A stretch of 64,000 nucleotides of DNA from contig JBCCHT010000006.1 of assembly GCA_039028615.1 (NCBI GenBank), forward strand, positions 32,001 to 96,000, given 5' to 3'. The notes below the pieces were generated by a model. It saw nothing but the letters and a program-made list of their open reading frames with translations, was not told the DNA's origin and made no database searches. Made by a program: the position numbers and the translations under genes. Shown piece after piece: positions 30,021 through 39,323 of the stretch (the first letter of the stretch is position 1; each line of letters opens with the position of its first letter). Source of the DNA: Myxococcota bacterium (lineage in GTDB: Bacteria; Myxococcota_A; Polyangia; Nannocystales; Nannocystaceae).

Positions 30021-30737
30021 ATGAGCCTGTCGCTGAAGACCCAGTGGACCATCGTCGCCTCGGGACTCGTGGCACATGCCGATCACGTGCTCACGGGTGA
30101 AGAGTGCGAGCGGCTCATGGCGATGGTGGATGCGCAGGTCGACGAGGACGAGTACGCGCAGTGGATGGCCATCATCAGCGACGGGCCGCAGCTCGAACAA
30201 CGACTGAAGAGCCTGCCTCCGCCCCCGGCCGAGGATCATCGCCAGATCCTCGAGGACGCGTGGCTGATGGCGGTGGTCGATGGCGAGCGCGCGGACGAAG
30301 AAATCGAGGCCCTGGAGCGCATCGCGGAGCACATCGGGGTGGAGCCCCTTCAGCTCGAGTTCTGGCGCGAGGCATGGACCGAGGCCCAGCAGGCCTACGC
30401 CGAGCACGTGAGCATCGCGTTGGCCTGGGTGCTGGGCGGGGGCGAACCCGCCGGCCCCGACGACGCGGGCACGATTCGCGACACGGTGGGTGAGCTGCCC
30501 ACGACCCACGAGCACCGCGAGCAGCTCGAAGGGGTCGCCCGCGCCGGACACGACGGAGACAAAGCCGCCGCCGGCCTTCGCGCCGCAGGCACGGCCCAGC
30601 GCCGCGATGCCCTGCAGCGGCTCCACGCCGCGGCCGAAGCCGCCTCCCGCGGTGACGAAGCCAAGACCCGCTGGCGGGAGCTGGCGGCCGCGACCGGGCT
30701 CGACGACGCGGAGATCGAGCGCATCGCCAGCGCCTAG
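30021..30737 (+). CDS. TerB-like helical protein
   Basis: VAHADHVLTGEE and MAVVDGERADEEIEALERIAEHIG motifs; start uncertain. Confidence 0.65.
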   Translation: MSLSLKTQWTIVASGLVAHADHVLTGEECERLMAMVDAQVDEDEYAQWMAIISDGPQLEQRLKSLPPPPAEDHRQILEDAWLMAVVDGERADEEIEALERIAEHIGVEPLQLEFWREAWTEAQQAYAEHVSIALAWVLGGGEPAGPDDAGTIRDTVGELPTTHEHREQLEGVARAGHDGDKAAAGLRAAGTAQRRDALQRLHAAAEAASRGDEAKTRWRELAAATGLDDAEIERIASA

Positions 30738-30773
30738 GCCCGGCCCGCATTCATCGATACAAAGGACACGATC

Positions 30774-31577
30774 ATGGACCTCGGAGCCGAGCGACTGCTC
30801 TCGCTGGTCGAGAACGCGGGTGGGTTCGAGGTCTCGCGACCGCGCCCCTTCTGCGCGGTGCTCCAGCCCCGGGAGCCCACCGAGCGAGACTTCCTCCACC
30901 AGGACCTGCTGCGCCCCGAACATCGCGAGGCGTTCTTCAGTGTGGTCGACGAGGTCGGCCTGGTCGTGGTGCGAGGGGTCGCGGCCGATCCGAGCCGCTA
31001 CCGCGACGTCCGAGGCCGTTCGAGCCGCGGGCGCCTGAGCCAGGGCGAGTACTATCACCACGACGGCTGCTCCGGCCCCACCAAGCCGCGCGTGGTGGAG
31101 ATTCGCTGCCCGCACCAGCCGGTAGCGCGCACCATCGCCACCGCGGTCGCCCCCTTCCCCGCCACGCTCTACTCGATGCTGCGCGAGCTCCCGCCGCAGC
31201 TCCGAAGCCGTGAAGAGCTCGCCCCGTGGTGCGAGCAGCTCGATGCCCAGGGCCGGCTCCCCGAGCCGGAGCTCGACATGGTGCAGGGACTGGCGACCCG
31301 AGCCGTGCGCAAGAGCCTGGGTGCCGCTGATGCCCGGAGCTACTTCCGCGGGGTCGACCAGCGCTGCGAGGCCTTCGACGAACCCTGGCAACGCGGTGAG
31401 AGCCGCTTCATCGCCAATGCCAACGCCGGTCGCACCATGCAGCACCGCCGCGCCTACGCGATGAGCCACGACGAGCTGGGGCCCAGCGGCAAGCTGCTCA
31501 AGCGCTGGCCGGCCGACCCGGGCGTGCTCGACGGACCGGCTCAGCCATCGAGTGCGCCCGGGAACACCCCGTCGTAG
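30774..31577 (+). CDS. Hypothetical protein, possible TauD-like Fe(II)/2OG dioxygenase
   Basis: YHHDG (HxD) and late WQRGE..FIAN...MQHRR; aagga RBS. Confidence 0.5.
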   Translation: MDLGAERLLSLVENAGGFEVSRPRPFCAVLQPREPTERDFLHQDLLRPEHREAFFSVVDEVGLVVVRGVAADPSRYRDVRGRSSRGRLSQGEYYHHDGCSGPTKPRVVEIRCPHQPVARTIATAVAPFPATLYSMLRELPPQLRSREELAPWCEQLDAQGRLPEPELDMVQGLATRAVRKSLGAADARSYFRGVDQRCEAFDEPWQRGESRFIANANAGRTMQHRRAYAMSHDELGPSGKLLKRWPADPGVLDGPAQPSSAPGNTPS

Positions 31578-33172
31578 CGAGCGATGGCGTCCTCGGTGCC
31601 GCACAGGTGGACGCGGTCGCCCTCGGCCGGCACGAAGTCCTCGGAGAAGTCGACGATGACCTGGTCGTCGCGCTCGACGGCGACCACCGAGCAGCCCGTC
31701 TTGGCCCCGACCTTGGACTCGCTGAGCTTGCGACCGATGAGCCCGGTGGGCCGTACGCCGACGAGCTTGAGGCGAGCCTCGAGGGAGATCCACTCGTCGC
31801 CCAGCAGCTTGTGGGCCAGGATCTCGCCCGCGACCTCGCCCAGCGAGACGGCAAAGTCGGCCCCCGCCCGGTGAAAGCGCTCGACGTGATCGACCCGCGC
31901 GACCCGGGCAATGATCGGAATCTCCGGGGCCAGGTCGCGAGCCACCGCGGCGGCAAAGAGGTTGGTGCTGTCGTCGGCCACGGCCAAGATCGCGGCCCGG
32001 GCCTCGGTCAAGCCCGCCTTGCGGAGCACGGCCGGATCGAGCGCATCCCCCACCACGTCGACCCCCGCGACGTCGCGGCGATCGACCACCACCGTCTTTT
32101 CGCCGGCGTCGTGCAGGAACTCGACGACCTTGCGACCGACCTCGCCGTAGCCGGCGACCAGGAACGGACCTTCGGCGGCGATGGGCTTGGCCAGCTCGCC
32201 GAGCCGCGCCAGGGCTTCTTCGCTGCCGACGCCCATGAGGATCGCCCCCGCCTGCAGAGGAACGGAGCCGGGGACGTGGGCCTTGAACTCCCCGCCGTGC
32301 CAGCGCCCGATGATCGACACGCCCGTGCGACGACGGATGTCCGCCTGCGCGATGGTCAGCCCCTCGAGCGCGCTGTCGCGGTGGACCCGGACCTCGCCCG
32401 TGCGCAGCCGCCCCCCGAGGTGCTGGATGCCGGTGAGGCGCCCCGCGACCCGACCGTGGGCGAGGCCCGCGAGCGCGGCCGCCTGCACGTGCCGCGGCGT
32501 GTACACGGCCGTCGCCCCCTGCAGCAGCATGGGACGACGATGCAGGGGCTCGTCGACGAGCGCGATGAGTTCGCCCTTGAAGCCCAGCTGAACCGCGGCG
32601 AGCACCAGCGCCCCGTTGGCGGGGTCGGTGCCGTTGGCGATGACCGCCCGCGCGCGATGGAACAGCTCGGGCTCGAGCTCGTCGTCCTCGACCACGCCGT
32701 AGATCACCACTCGGCCGCGGTCTCGGAGTCGGCGAGCGAGCGCCTCGTCTTCTTCGTAGACCACGACCGGGACCTTGGCGCGGTCGAGCTCACCGAGCAG
32801 CGAGTCGACGGCCGGGCTCCAGCGATACACGAGCACGTAGTCACGCTCTTCGGGCACGCCCCGCGGCAGCCGCCCCTCGAAGCGATGCTCGAAGTAGGGC
32901 ATGACCAGCAGTGGGAAGACCAAGAACGCCAGCGACATGCCCATGAACTGGCACACCACGACGAACGCGATCATCACCGGGTGCTCCCAGTGGTTGTCGC
33001 CGCCGTACCCGGTGGAGGTCAGGGTCTCCGCCGCCCACGCGAACGCGTGCGCGAACGATCGCTGCTGCCCCTCGAGGTGCTCCATGCCCAGCATGTAGAG
33101 CAGGGCCAACACCACCAGCACGCCCGGCAGGGCGGCCAGCAGCATGAGCACGCGACGGAGGGAGGTCGTCAT
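31541..33172 (-). CDS. Potassium channel protein with two TrkA-N/TrkA-C (RCK) modules
   Basis: Two TM helices around ETLTSTGYGG; VAGYGEVG; GDALDPAVLRKAGL; GCSVVAVERD. Confidence 0.9.
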   Translation of the reverse strand: MTTSLRRVLMLLAALPGVLVVLALLYMLGMEHLEGQQRSFAHAFAWAAETLTSTGYGGDNHWEHPVMIAFVVVCQFMGMSLAFLVFPLLVMPYFEHRFEGRLPRGVPEERDYVLVYRWSPAVDSLLGELDRAKVPVVVYEEDEALARRLRDRGRVVIYGVVEDDELEPELFHRARAVIANGTDPANGALVLAAVQLGFKGELIALVDEPLHRRPMLLQGATAVYTPRHVQAAALAGLAHGRVAGRLTGIQHLGGRLRTGEVRVHRDSALEGLTIAQADIRRRTGVSIIGRWHGGEFKAHVPGSVPLQAGAILMGVGSEEALARLGELAKPIAAEGPFLVAGYGEVGRKVVEFLHDAGEKTVVVDRRDVAGVDVVGDALDPAVLRKAGLTEARAAILAVADDSTNLFAAAVARDLAPEIPIIARVARVDHVERFHRAGADFAVSLGEVAGEILAHKLLGDEWISLEARLKLVGVRPTGLIGRKLSESKVGAKTGCSVVAVERDDQVIVDFSEDFVPAEGDRVHLCGTEDAIARYDGVFPGALDG

Positions 33173-33209
33173 CGAGGCGCACAGTGTAGACCCGAGCCCG
33201 GCTGATCGT

Positions 33210-35090
33210 TCAACCGGTGCTGCTGTTCAATAGGGCGGCCACGATTCCCATGAGGGATTCGCCCGCGATGAGGCCCGCAGCCACGGGAACGGCCAGCGCA
33301 GCCAAGGCCTGCGGTCGACGTCGGGCGATCGCCCAGGCCACCAGGCCCCCCACGAAGAACGACAGGGCATTGGAGGCGGGCAGCACGAAGGCCAAGCCCA
33401 GGCCGGTCGCGCTGGGCAGCCACGGGCGCCAGGCAGGCCGCCCGTGCTCGAGCAGGGCCAAGATCACCGCGACCGCGGCTGCGATCACGGCGGCCCACAG
33501 CGCAGACGCCGGGATGCTCGACAGGCCCTGCCCGACCACCGTGCTCACCGACGCCCACACCCGAGCCGCGGGGGCGGGCCACGCTGCGCTCCCCAGGGCA
33601 GACGCATCGGGCACCAGCACGTAGCGATAGATCGGCACCACCACCGCCACGCCCACCACCACGCCGACCGCCTGGGCGAGGAACTGACGGCGCGGGTGAG
33701 CGCCCAGCAACGATCCGCTCTTGAGATCGGTCAGCAGATCGGCCGCGCTCGCGGCTGCCCCCGCGCTGACGGTGGCGATCATGAGGTTGGGCGCGGGGCG
33801 GCCGGGGATCATCACGCCGCCCGCGAGCTGAGCCACCTTGCCCAGCGGGCCCATGGGAGTGATGTCGGTCTCCCCCGTCACGCGGGCGGCCACCGTGGCC
33901 AGCACCACCGCCAGCACCACCGCCAGCACGGCCACCACCACGGGAATGTCGAACAGCACCACCTGCAGCACGATGCAGCCGAGCGCCGCGGCCCCGCCCC
34001 CGTAGCCGACCCACGAGGGCGGCACCTCGAGGTCGGCCACCGGATCGGCCTCGCGATCGCGCTCGGGCGTCGCCCGGCGAAAAATGCCCAGGCCTCGCGC
34101 GACGCTGCGCCACCGGGGCGCGAGCGCGGACAGCCCGGCGATCATCATGAGGGTGGCCCCGGGCCACACGCTCCAGGCGACGACATTGCGATAGCCAGGG
34201 CCCGCGACGAGGCCCTCTTCGAGCAGCCGCGGCGCGATCAACCCGAAGCAGACCAGGGCCCCCAGCCCGATGCTCCAGCCGACACGCCACCCCACCAAGA
34301 TGCCCGCCGCGGGCAAGAGCAGAGACACCTCGAGGGCCCAGCCGTAGGCGACGAGGGCTCCCAGCGCAGGCACGGCCTCGACCATCGCCTCGGTGGGTAG
34401 GCTCGACGGCAACGCGAGCCACGACGGCGTCCCGAGCGAGCCGGACAGCAGCGGCAGGACCGAGGTCAGCCCCTGCAGGCCCACGCCGATGGCCAGGGCG
34501 ATCATCAACGCCCGCGCCTGCCGACGGCCCTCGCCTCCGTCCGAATGCAGCGTTCGCAGGGTCTCGGCCGCGGCCGCCCCCGACGGGAAGGGCAGCTGCT
34601 CGGCGTTGATCAGCATGCGCTTGAGCGGCACCGCAATGAACAAGCCCAACATGCTGATCGACAGGATCCACGCCATGAGCTGCCACAGCGGCAGGTGGTG
34701 CCCCGTGATCATGAGGTGGGCGGCCATGGCCGAGACCAGCGTGGTGCCGGTGGAGTAGCCCGCCGCCGAGGCGGTCGAGGCCATGGCGTTGGTCTCGAGC
34801 ACCGTCGCCTCGCGCCGCGAGATCCCCGTTCGCACCGCGAGTCGCCACGCGGCCCAGCCCACGATGCTCGCGGTGATGACCACGCCGAGGCTCCAGCCGA
34901 TCTTGAGCCCCACGTACAGGTTGGACAGCCCGGTCACCGCCCCCAGCACCGCGCCCATGGCCAGGGCCCGCGCGGTGAGCTGCGGGACCCGGTCGCCCTG
35001 ATACACCCGCTGCCTCCACGCGCGGTCGATCGCCTCGGGACCATGGGTCTCGAGCGTGGGCAGGGGCGCCGAGGGCTCGGGCGCGGGCAC
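33210..35090 (-). CDS. OPT family oligopeptide transporter
   Basis: QLTARA, NLYVGLKIGW, ETN, LPFPSG, GETDITP, DLLTDLKSG, GLIAGES. Confidence 0.93.
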   Translation of the reverse strand: MPAPEPSAPLPTLETHGPEAIDRAWRQRVYQGDRVPQLTARALAMGAVLGAVTGLSNLYVGLKIGWSLGVVITASIVGWAAWRLAVRTGISRREATVLETNAMASTASAAGYSTGTTLVSAMAAHLMITGHHLPLWQLMAWILSISMLGLFIAVPLKRMLINAEQLPFPSGAAAAETLRTLHSDGGEGRRQARALMIALAIGVGLQGLTSVLPLLSGSLGTPSWLALPSSLPTEAMVEAVPALGALVAYGWALEVSLLLPAAGILVGWRVGWSIGLGALVCFGLIAPRLLEEGLVAGPGYRNVVAWSVWPGATLMMIAGLSALAPRWRSVARGLGIFRRATPERDREADPVADLEVPPSWVGYGGGAAALGCIVLQVVLFDIPVVVAVLAVVLAVVLATVAARVTGETDITPMGPLGKVAQLAGGVMIPGRPAPNLMIATVSAGAAASAADLLTDLKSGSLLGAHPRRQFLAQAVGVVVGVAVVVPIYRYVLVPDASALGSAAWPAPAARVWASVSTVVGQGLSSIPASALWAAVIAAAVAVILALLEHGRPAWRPWLPSATGLGLAFVLPASNALSFFVGGLVAWAIARRRPQALAALAVPVAAGLIAGESLMGIVAALLNSSTG

Positions 35091-35095
35091 ACCCG

Positions 35096-36187
35096 ATGAT
35101 ACCGACGAAGACGGCGCCTGGCCGCGCTACCATCGATGAAGTGCCGGGCTGGACCTCGAATCGGGCGTGCTGGCAGCTGGTGACGCTCCTGCTGCTCGGC
35201 TGCGGCTCTCGAACGACGACGCCTGTCGGGGAGACGCCTCGGGCTGCGCCCGCCCCCGAGCCTGCGATGGTGACGACACCGACCTCACCATCCGCAACCT
35301 CGCCGCCCGCCGAGCCTCACCGAGTGCAGTCGTTGCAGATCGTGGTGCTGTCGACCTCGGTCGCCCCGCAGGGCGTCTCGGAGTGGGGATTCGCCGCGCT
35401 GGTGGAGGCGGATGGCCATCGCATCCTGTTCGACACGGGTGCGCGCCCAGACACGGTGAAGCGCAATGCGAAGACGCTCGGCATCGACCTGGCCACCGTG
35501 CCCACCGTCGTGCTCAGCCATCATCATGACGATCACGTGGGTGGCTTGTTGACGCTGCGGCAGTCGGTCCTGCCCACGCATCCCGACGCGCTGGCCACGG
35601 TGCATGTCGGCCGGGGGATCTTCGAGCCGCGGCGTTACGGCGCCAAGACCCACGAAGTCAACGACATGCTCACCATTCGGCCCGCGTTCGAGGCCACGGG
35701 CGGCCGCTTCGTCGAGCACGCCGAGCCCGCGATGCTCGTGCCCGGCGTGTGGGTCACGGGGCCCGTGCCGCGCGTGCACCCGGAGCGCAACTACAGCGGT
35801 GCTCGCCGGCTCCCGGGCGGTGATGGTTGGATCGAAGACACGCTGCCCGAGAGCCAGTCGCTGGTCATCGAGACCACCGAGGGCCTGGTGTTGCTTTCGG
35901 GGTGCGGGCATGCGGGGATCGTCAACACCGTGACCCATGCGCGAGACGCCGTCTCGTCCGCCCCGCTGCACGCGGCCGTCGGCGGCTTCCACCTGCATCG
36001 GGCCAAGCCCGAGCACCTGCGGTGGACGGCCGCCGCGTTGCGTGAAGCGGGCCTCGACGTATTCGCGGGAGCCCACTGCACGGGCCGACGGGCGATCGAA
36101 CGCGTGGGCCGAGCCCCTGGCGTCGCCTCGTCGGTGGAGCTCGGGGTCGGCGAGGCCTTTGTGCTCGGCGCCGATGAAGCCGGCTGA
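35096..36187 (+). CDS. MBL-fold metallo-hydrolase, lipoprotein
   Basis: EWGFAAL, ILFDTG, LSHHHDDHVGG, SGCGHAG, GGFHL, AHCTG; LLLGC lipobox; start uncertain. Confidence 0.88.
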   Translation: MIPTKTAPGRATIDEVPGWTSNRACWQLVTLLLLGCGSRTTTPVGETPRAAPAPEPAMVTTPTSPSATSPPAEPHRVQSLQIVVLSTSVAPQGVSEWGFAALVEADGHRILFDTGARPDTVKRNAKTLGIDLATVPTVVLSHHHDDHVGGLLTLRQSVLPTHPDALATVHVGRGIFEPRRYGAKTHEVNDMLTIRPAFEATGGRFVEHAEPAMLVPGVWVTGPVPRVHPERNYSGARRLPGGDGWIEDTLPESQSLVIETTEGLVLLSGCGHAGIVNTVTHARDAVSSAPLHAAVGGFHLHRAKPEHLRWTAAALREAGLDVFAGAHCTGRRAIERVGRAPGVASSVELGVGEAFVLGADEAG

Positions 36188-36391
36188 ACTCGATCTGTAT
36201 CCGCGGTAACGAGTCGCACCGCAACCGCTGCTCGCCCTTCGCCGTCGAGACGAGAGTCTGAACAAGGTCGGCCGACTCGGGTGACTCCCAATTGTCGGCA
36301 GGCATGGGTGTCCGCGGACGTCCGTCATTCATCACGTGACAGACGTCGGACGGCGACGACCCGTGATGCACGAGCGAAGGGACGAGGAGCG

Positions 36392-38011
36392 ATGAACCAG
36401 ATGAATGAAACGACCGCCATTGGGAACAACCGCCGCCCAGGATCGACGTCCTGGAAGATCCGAGTCGGCTTCGGCGCCACGCTATGCGCCCTCGTCGGCG
36501 CCTGTGACCCCGGTGTCGCTCCGATCGAGACGGACGTCGACGGCACCTTCCGGGCAAAAACGACGGCGAATGCCCTGGTCGTGTCCTCGGACGTCATGAC
36601 CGCGATCAAGGAGTGGGAGCTGAGCGACCGGGATATGACCCTGGCCGAGCACCTCGAGGCCAAGGCCCGCTTTCGAACGACCACCGATGCCTCGCTGACC
36701 GCGGCCGTGAGCGCCCTGTCGGCCCCGGACACCTGCACCGCGTTCATCTCCGAACCCGATTTCAGCGGCGTGCACCGCATCGACGATCAGTCCAACGACA
36801 ACTGGCGGGCCTGGAGCGAGGGAGTCTCGTTCATGGCCGACGTCAACCTCGACTACGACAACGTCTCCGACGACGACACCGTCATCGACTCGTTCGGCGC
36901 CCAGAACAAGGTCAAGTTCGAGATCTTCACCGAGTGTCCGGACGAAACCGCGAACATCGTGCCCAAGCTCGCGCTGCACTCGTCGTACTTCGGGCGAGTG
37001 TCCGTGCGCAGCTCCGCGTCGACCCGCTTCGCCGGCTCGGCCGAGGCCACCGCACGACTCCAGGGCGTCACTGCTACCCGCGTCACCGAGTTCGACAGCG
37101 GCGATGTGCTCACGGTACTGGCCGCCAACTCCCTCCAACTTCAGTCTTCGAGCAAGGCCCAGTCACAAGATTGGCAGCAGGAGCTACTGCTCGAGATCGT
37201 GGACATCGCTCGCGACTACGCCAAAATCACCGTCGATACGAGCGAAGAGGCCGTCACCGCCTTCGGTCCCAAGAAAGTCGCGAAAAACGGCACGGCCGAT
37301 GCCGACACCATCATTGCCGATGCGGCGAGCGCTGCGAAGACCTTCCTCAACGGCATCGTCCAGGACCAGAGTCAGTCCAACTTTCACAAGACCACCGACC
37401 TGTTCGCGGAGAAGGAACTCGGCCGAGTTCTCGACGACTCGGGGCAGCCGCTGGCCATCGGCAAGACCTACATCGTCACGATGCACTCGGAGTACAGCAT
37501 CGAGACGAACGCCAAGACCCATCACAAGGCCGCGGGGTGGCCGAGGCACTCTCGTCAGCACGCCCACGCCGGGGTGCAAGTAATCGACGACTTCTTGTTG
37601 GCGGGCGTGGTCGGTTTCGAGGATTCGAACCACGCCTACCGCGTCCCGGGCACGGAGGAGGCAGCCTTCTTCGTGGCGGGCACCAAGCCCTCTCACCCCA
37701 ACCTCTTCATCGACCTCGAAGAAGTGCCCGATCCCCTCGACGAGCCCGGCCCCGACGACGAAGACATACACCTGACCGGGCTGAGCAGCGACCGCAACTT
37801 CGCCGAGCTTGCCAACGATGCGCGCTCGTTCTTCTCCGCGGTGTGGCCGACGGGCGGCGATCTCCACGACCAAGTCTTCGCCCGGCTCGAGCTCATGGCC
37901 GATCGCGACGCGACGAACTACAAGACATCGGATATCGGCAAGACCGACGGAGTCAACGTGGTCGCGGAGACCCTCACCGGGATCAACACGCCCTGCATCC
38001 GCACCGAGTAG
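36392..38011 (+). CDS. Hypothetical lipoprotein (539 aa)
   Basis: GAGGAG RBS; LVGAC lipobox; long ORF with coding-like GC3. Confidence 0.75.
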   Translation: MNQMNETTAIGNNRRPGSTSWKIRVGFGATLCALVGACDPGVAPIETDVDGTFRAKTTANALVVSSDVMTAIKEWELSDRDMTLAEHLEAKARFRTTTDASLTAAVSALSAPDTCTAFISEPDFSGVHRIDDQSNDNWRAWSEGVSFMADVNLDYDNVSDDDTVIDSFGAQNKVKFEIFTECPDETANIVPKLALHSSYFGRVSVRSSASTRFAGSAEATARLQGVTATRVTEFDSGDVLTVLAANSLQLQSSSKAQSQDWQQELLLEIVDIARDYAKITVDTSEEAVTAFGPKKVAKNGTADADTIIADAASAAKTFLNGIVQDQSQSNFHKTTDLFAEKELGRVLDDSGQPLAIGKTYIVTMHSEYSIETNAKTHHKAAGWPRHSRQHAHAGVQVIDDFLLAGVVGFEDSNHAYRVPGTEEAAFFVAGTKPSHPNLFIDLEEVPDPLDEPGPDDEDIHLTGLSSDRNFAELANDARSFFSAVWPTGGDLHDQVFARLELMADRDATNYKTSDIGKTDGVNVVAETLTGINTPCIRTE

Positions 38012-38012
38012 C

Positions 38013-39320
38013 TCAACCCGGGGGTGGCTCGTCGAGCCACCCCTGCCCCGTCTCGGCGATCGTGCGCGCCCACGGGAGCAACGACTCGGGCCAGTCTTCT
38101 TCGACGATCTCGAAGCGGGCATGGTCGAAGGGCTCGCCCGTCGCCGGCTGCACTCGCACCAGTCGCTCACGCCGGCCGCGGGTCATCAGATCGAGCGCAC
38201 GGTGGTGACACACGGGGTTGTTGCCCCGCCGCCCCGACAACACGTGACTCGTCCACGTGCAGCCGGCCTTGCAGACGTCGGCGTAGTAGCAGCTCGCGCA
38301 GTAGCCCCACAGGTCCTCGGTCTTGCGCCCTCGAGTGAAGCGCAGCGCCTTCGACCGCTCCCACACCGCCTGCAGACCGTGCTCGCGGACGTTGCCGCCG
38401 ACATAGGCATCGGTGGGCAAGGACGGGCAGCCCTTGATGTCGCCGTTGGCCTCGAGGCCCAGCGTGTCGCGCCCCGCCCCGCAGCCCGTACCGTGCCCCC
38501 GCGGCATGTGCCGACGAAAACGCCCCTCGTAGGGCCCGAAGTAGCCGACGTTGGTGCCCGGCCATAGCCGCACGCCGACCTGTTCGGTGCGCTCCTGCAG
38601 GCGCATCACCATCGGCATGACCTCGACCATCTGATAGGGCTGCAGCAGCAGGTCCGGCTCGTCGGCGGCGCGCCCCATGGCCACCGTGATCTGCACCTGC
38701 CACGAGTGGATCCCCAGCGGGTGCAACAGCTCGAAGAGCGGCTCGATCTGCTTGCGGTTGGGCTGACAGATCTGGGTGTTGACCGAGATCGGCATGCCCA
38801 CCGCATGAAGGTGCTCGAGCGCGCCGACGGCCGCGCGATGGCTGCCCTCGACCGCTCGCAGCTGGTCGTGGGTGTGTTCGAGACCATCGATGGAGACGGA
38901 GACCGTACCGATGCCGGCATCTTTGGCCCGCTGAGCCCGCTCGCGGGTGATCCCCCGCCCTCCCGTCGTCATGCCGCACTCGATGCCCGCGCCGACCAAG
39001 GCCGCCGCGATCCGATCCCAGTCGTCGCGCAGGTAGGCCTCGCCTCCGATGAGCGAGACCTCGCGGACCCCCAGATCGGCCATCTGCCGCACCATGTCGA
39101 GGGCTTCGTCCGTACTCAGCTCGTCGGGCCGAGCGTGACCCGCCCGCGACCCGCAGTGACGGCACGCGAGATCGCAACGCAGGGTGATCTCCCAGACCGC
39201 GTAGATCGGCCGCACCGAGTCGATGGGCCGCACCTCGTCGGCGAGCGGTAGGTGGGTCCGCGATGGCTTGGCGCGCGGAGCGATGGGCAGAGACCGCGGC
39301 CGAGGACCGAGTTCACTCAC
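38013..39320 (-). CDS. Radical SAM/SPASM peptide maturase, PlpX/splicease-like
   Basis: VWEITLRCDLACRHCGSRAG, IGGEAYLRDDW, WQVQITVAMGRA, GYFGPYE; SPASM cysteines CGAG...IKGCPSL...CxxC-x5-C-x3-C-x16-C. Confidence 0.9.
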   Translation of the reverse strand: MSELGPRPRSLPIAPRAKPSRTHLPLADEVRPIDSVRPIYAVWEITLRCDLACRHCGSRAGHARPDELSTDEALDMVRQMADLGVREVSLIGGEAYLRDDWDRIAAALVGAGIECGMTTGGRGITRERAQRAKDAGIGTVSVSIDGLEHTHDQLRAVEGSHRAAVGALEHLHAVGMPISVNTQICQPNRKQIEPLFELLHPLGIHSWQVQITVAMGRAADEPDLLLQPYQMVEVMPMVMRLQERTEQVGVRLWPGTNVGYFGPYEGRFRRHMPRGHGTGCGAGRDTLGLEANGDIKGCPSLPTDAYVGGNVREHGLQAVWERSKALRFTRGRKTEDLWGYCASCYYADVCKAGCTWTSHVLSGRRGNNPVCHHRALDLMTRGRRERLVRVQPATGEPFDHARFEIVEEDWPESLLPWARTIAETGQGWLDEPPPG

Positions 39321-39323
39321 CGG

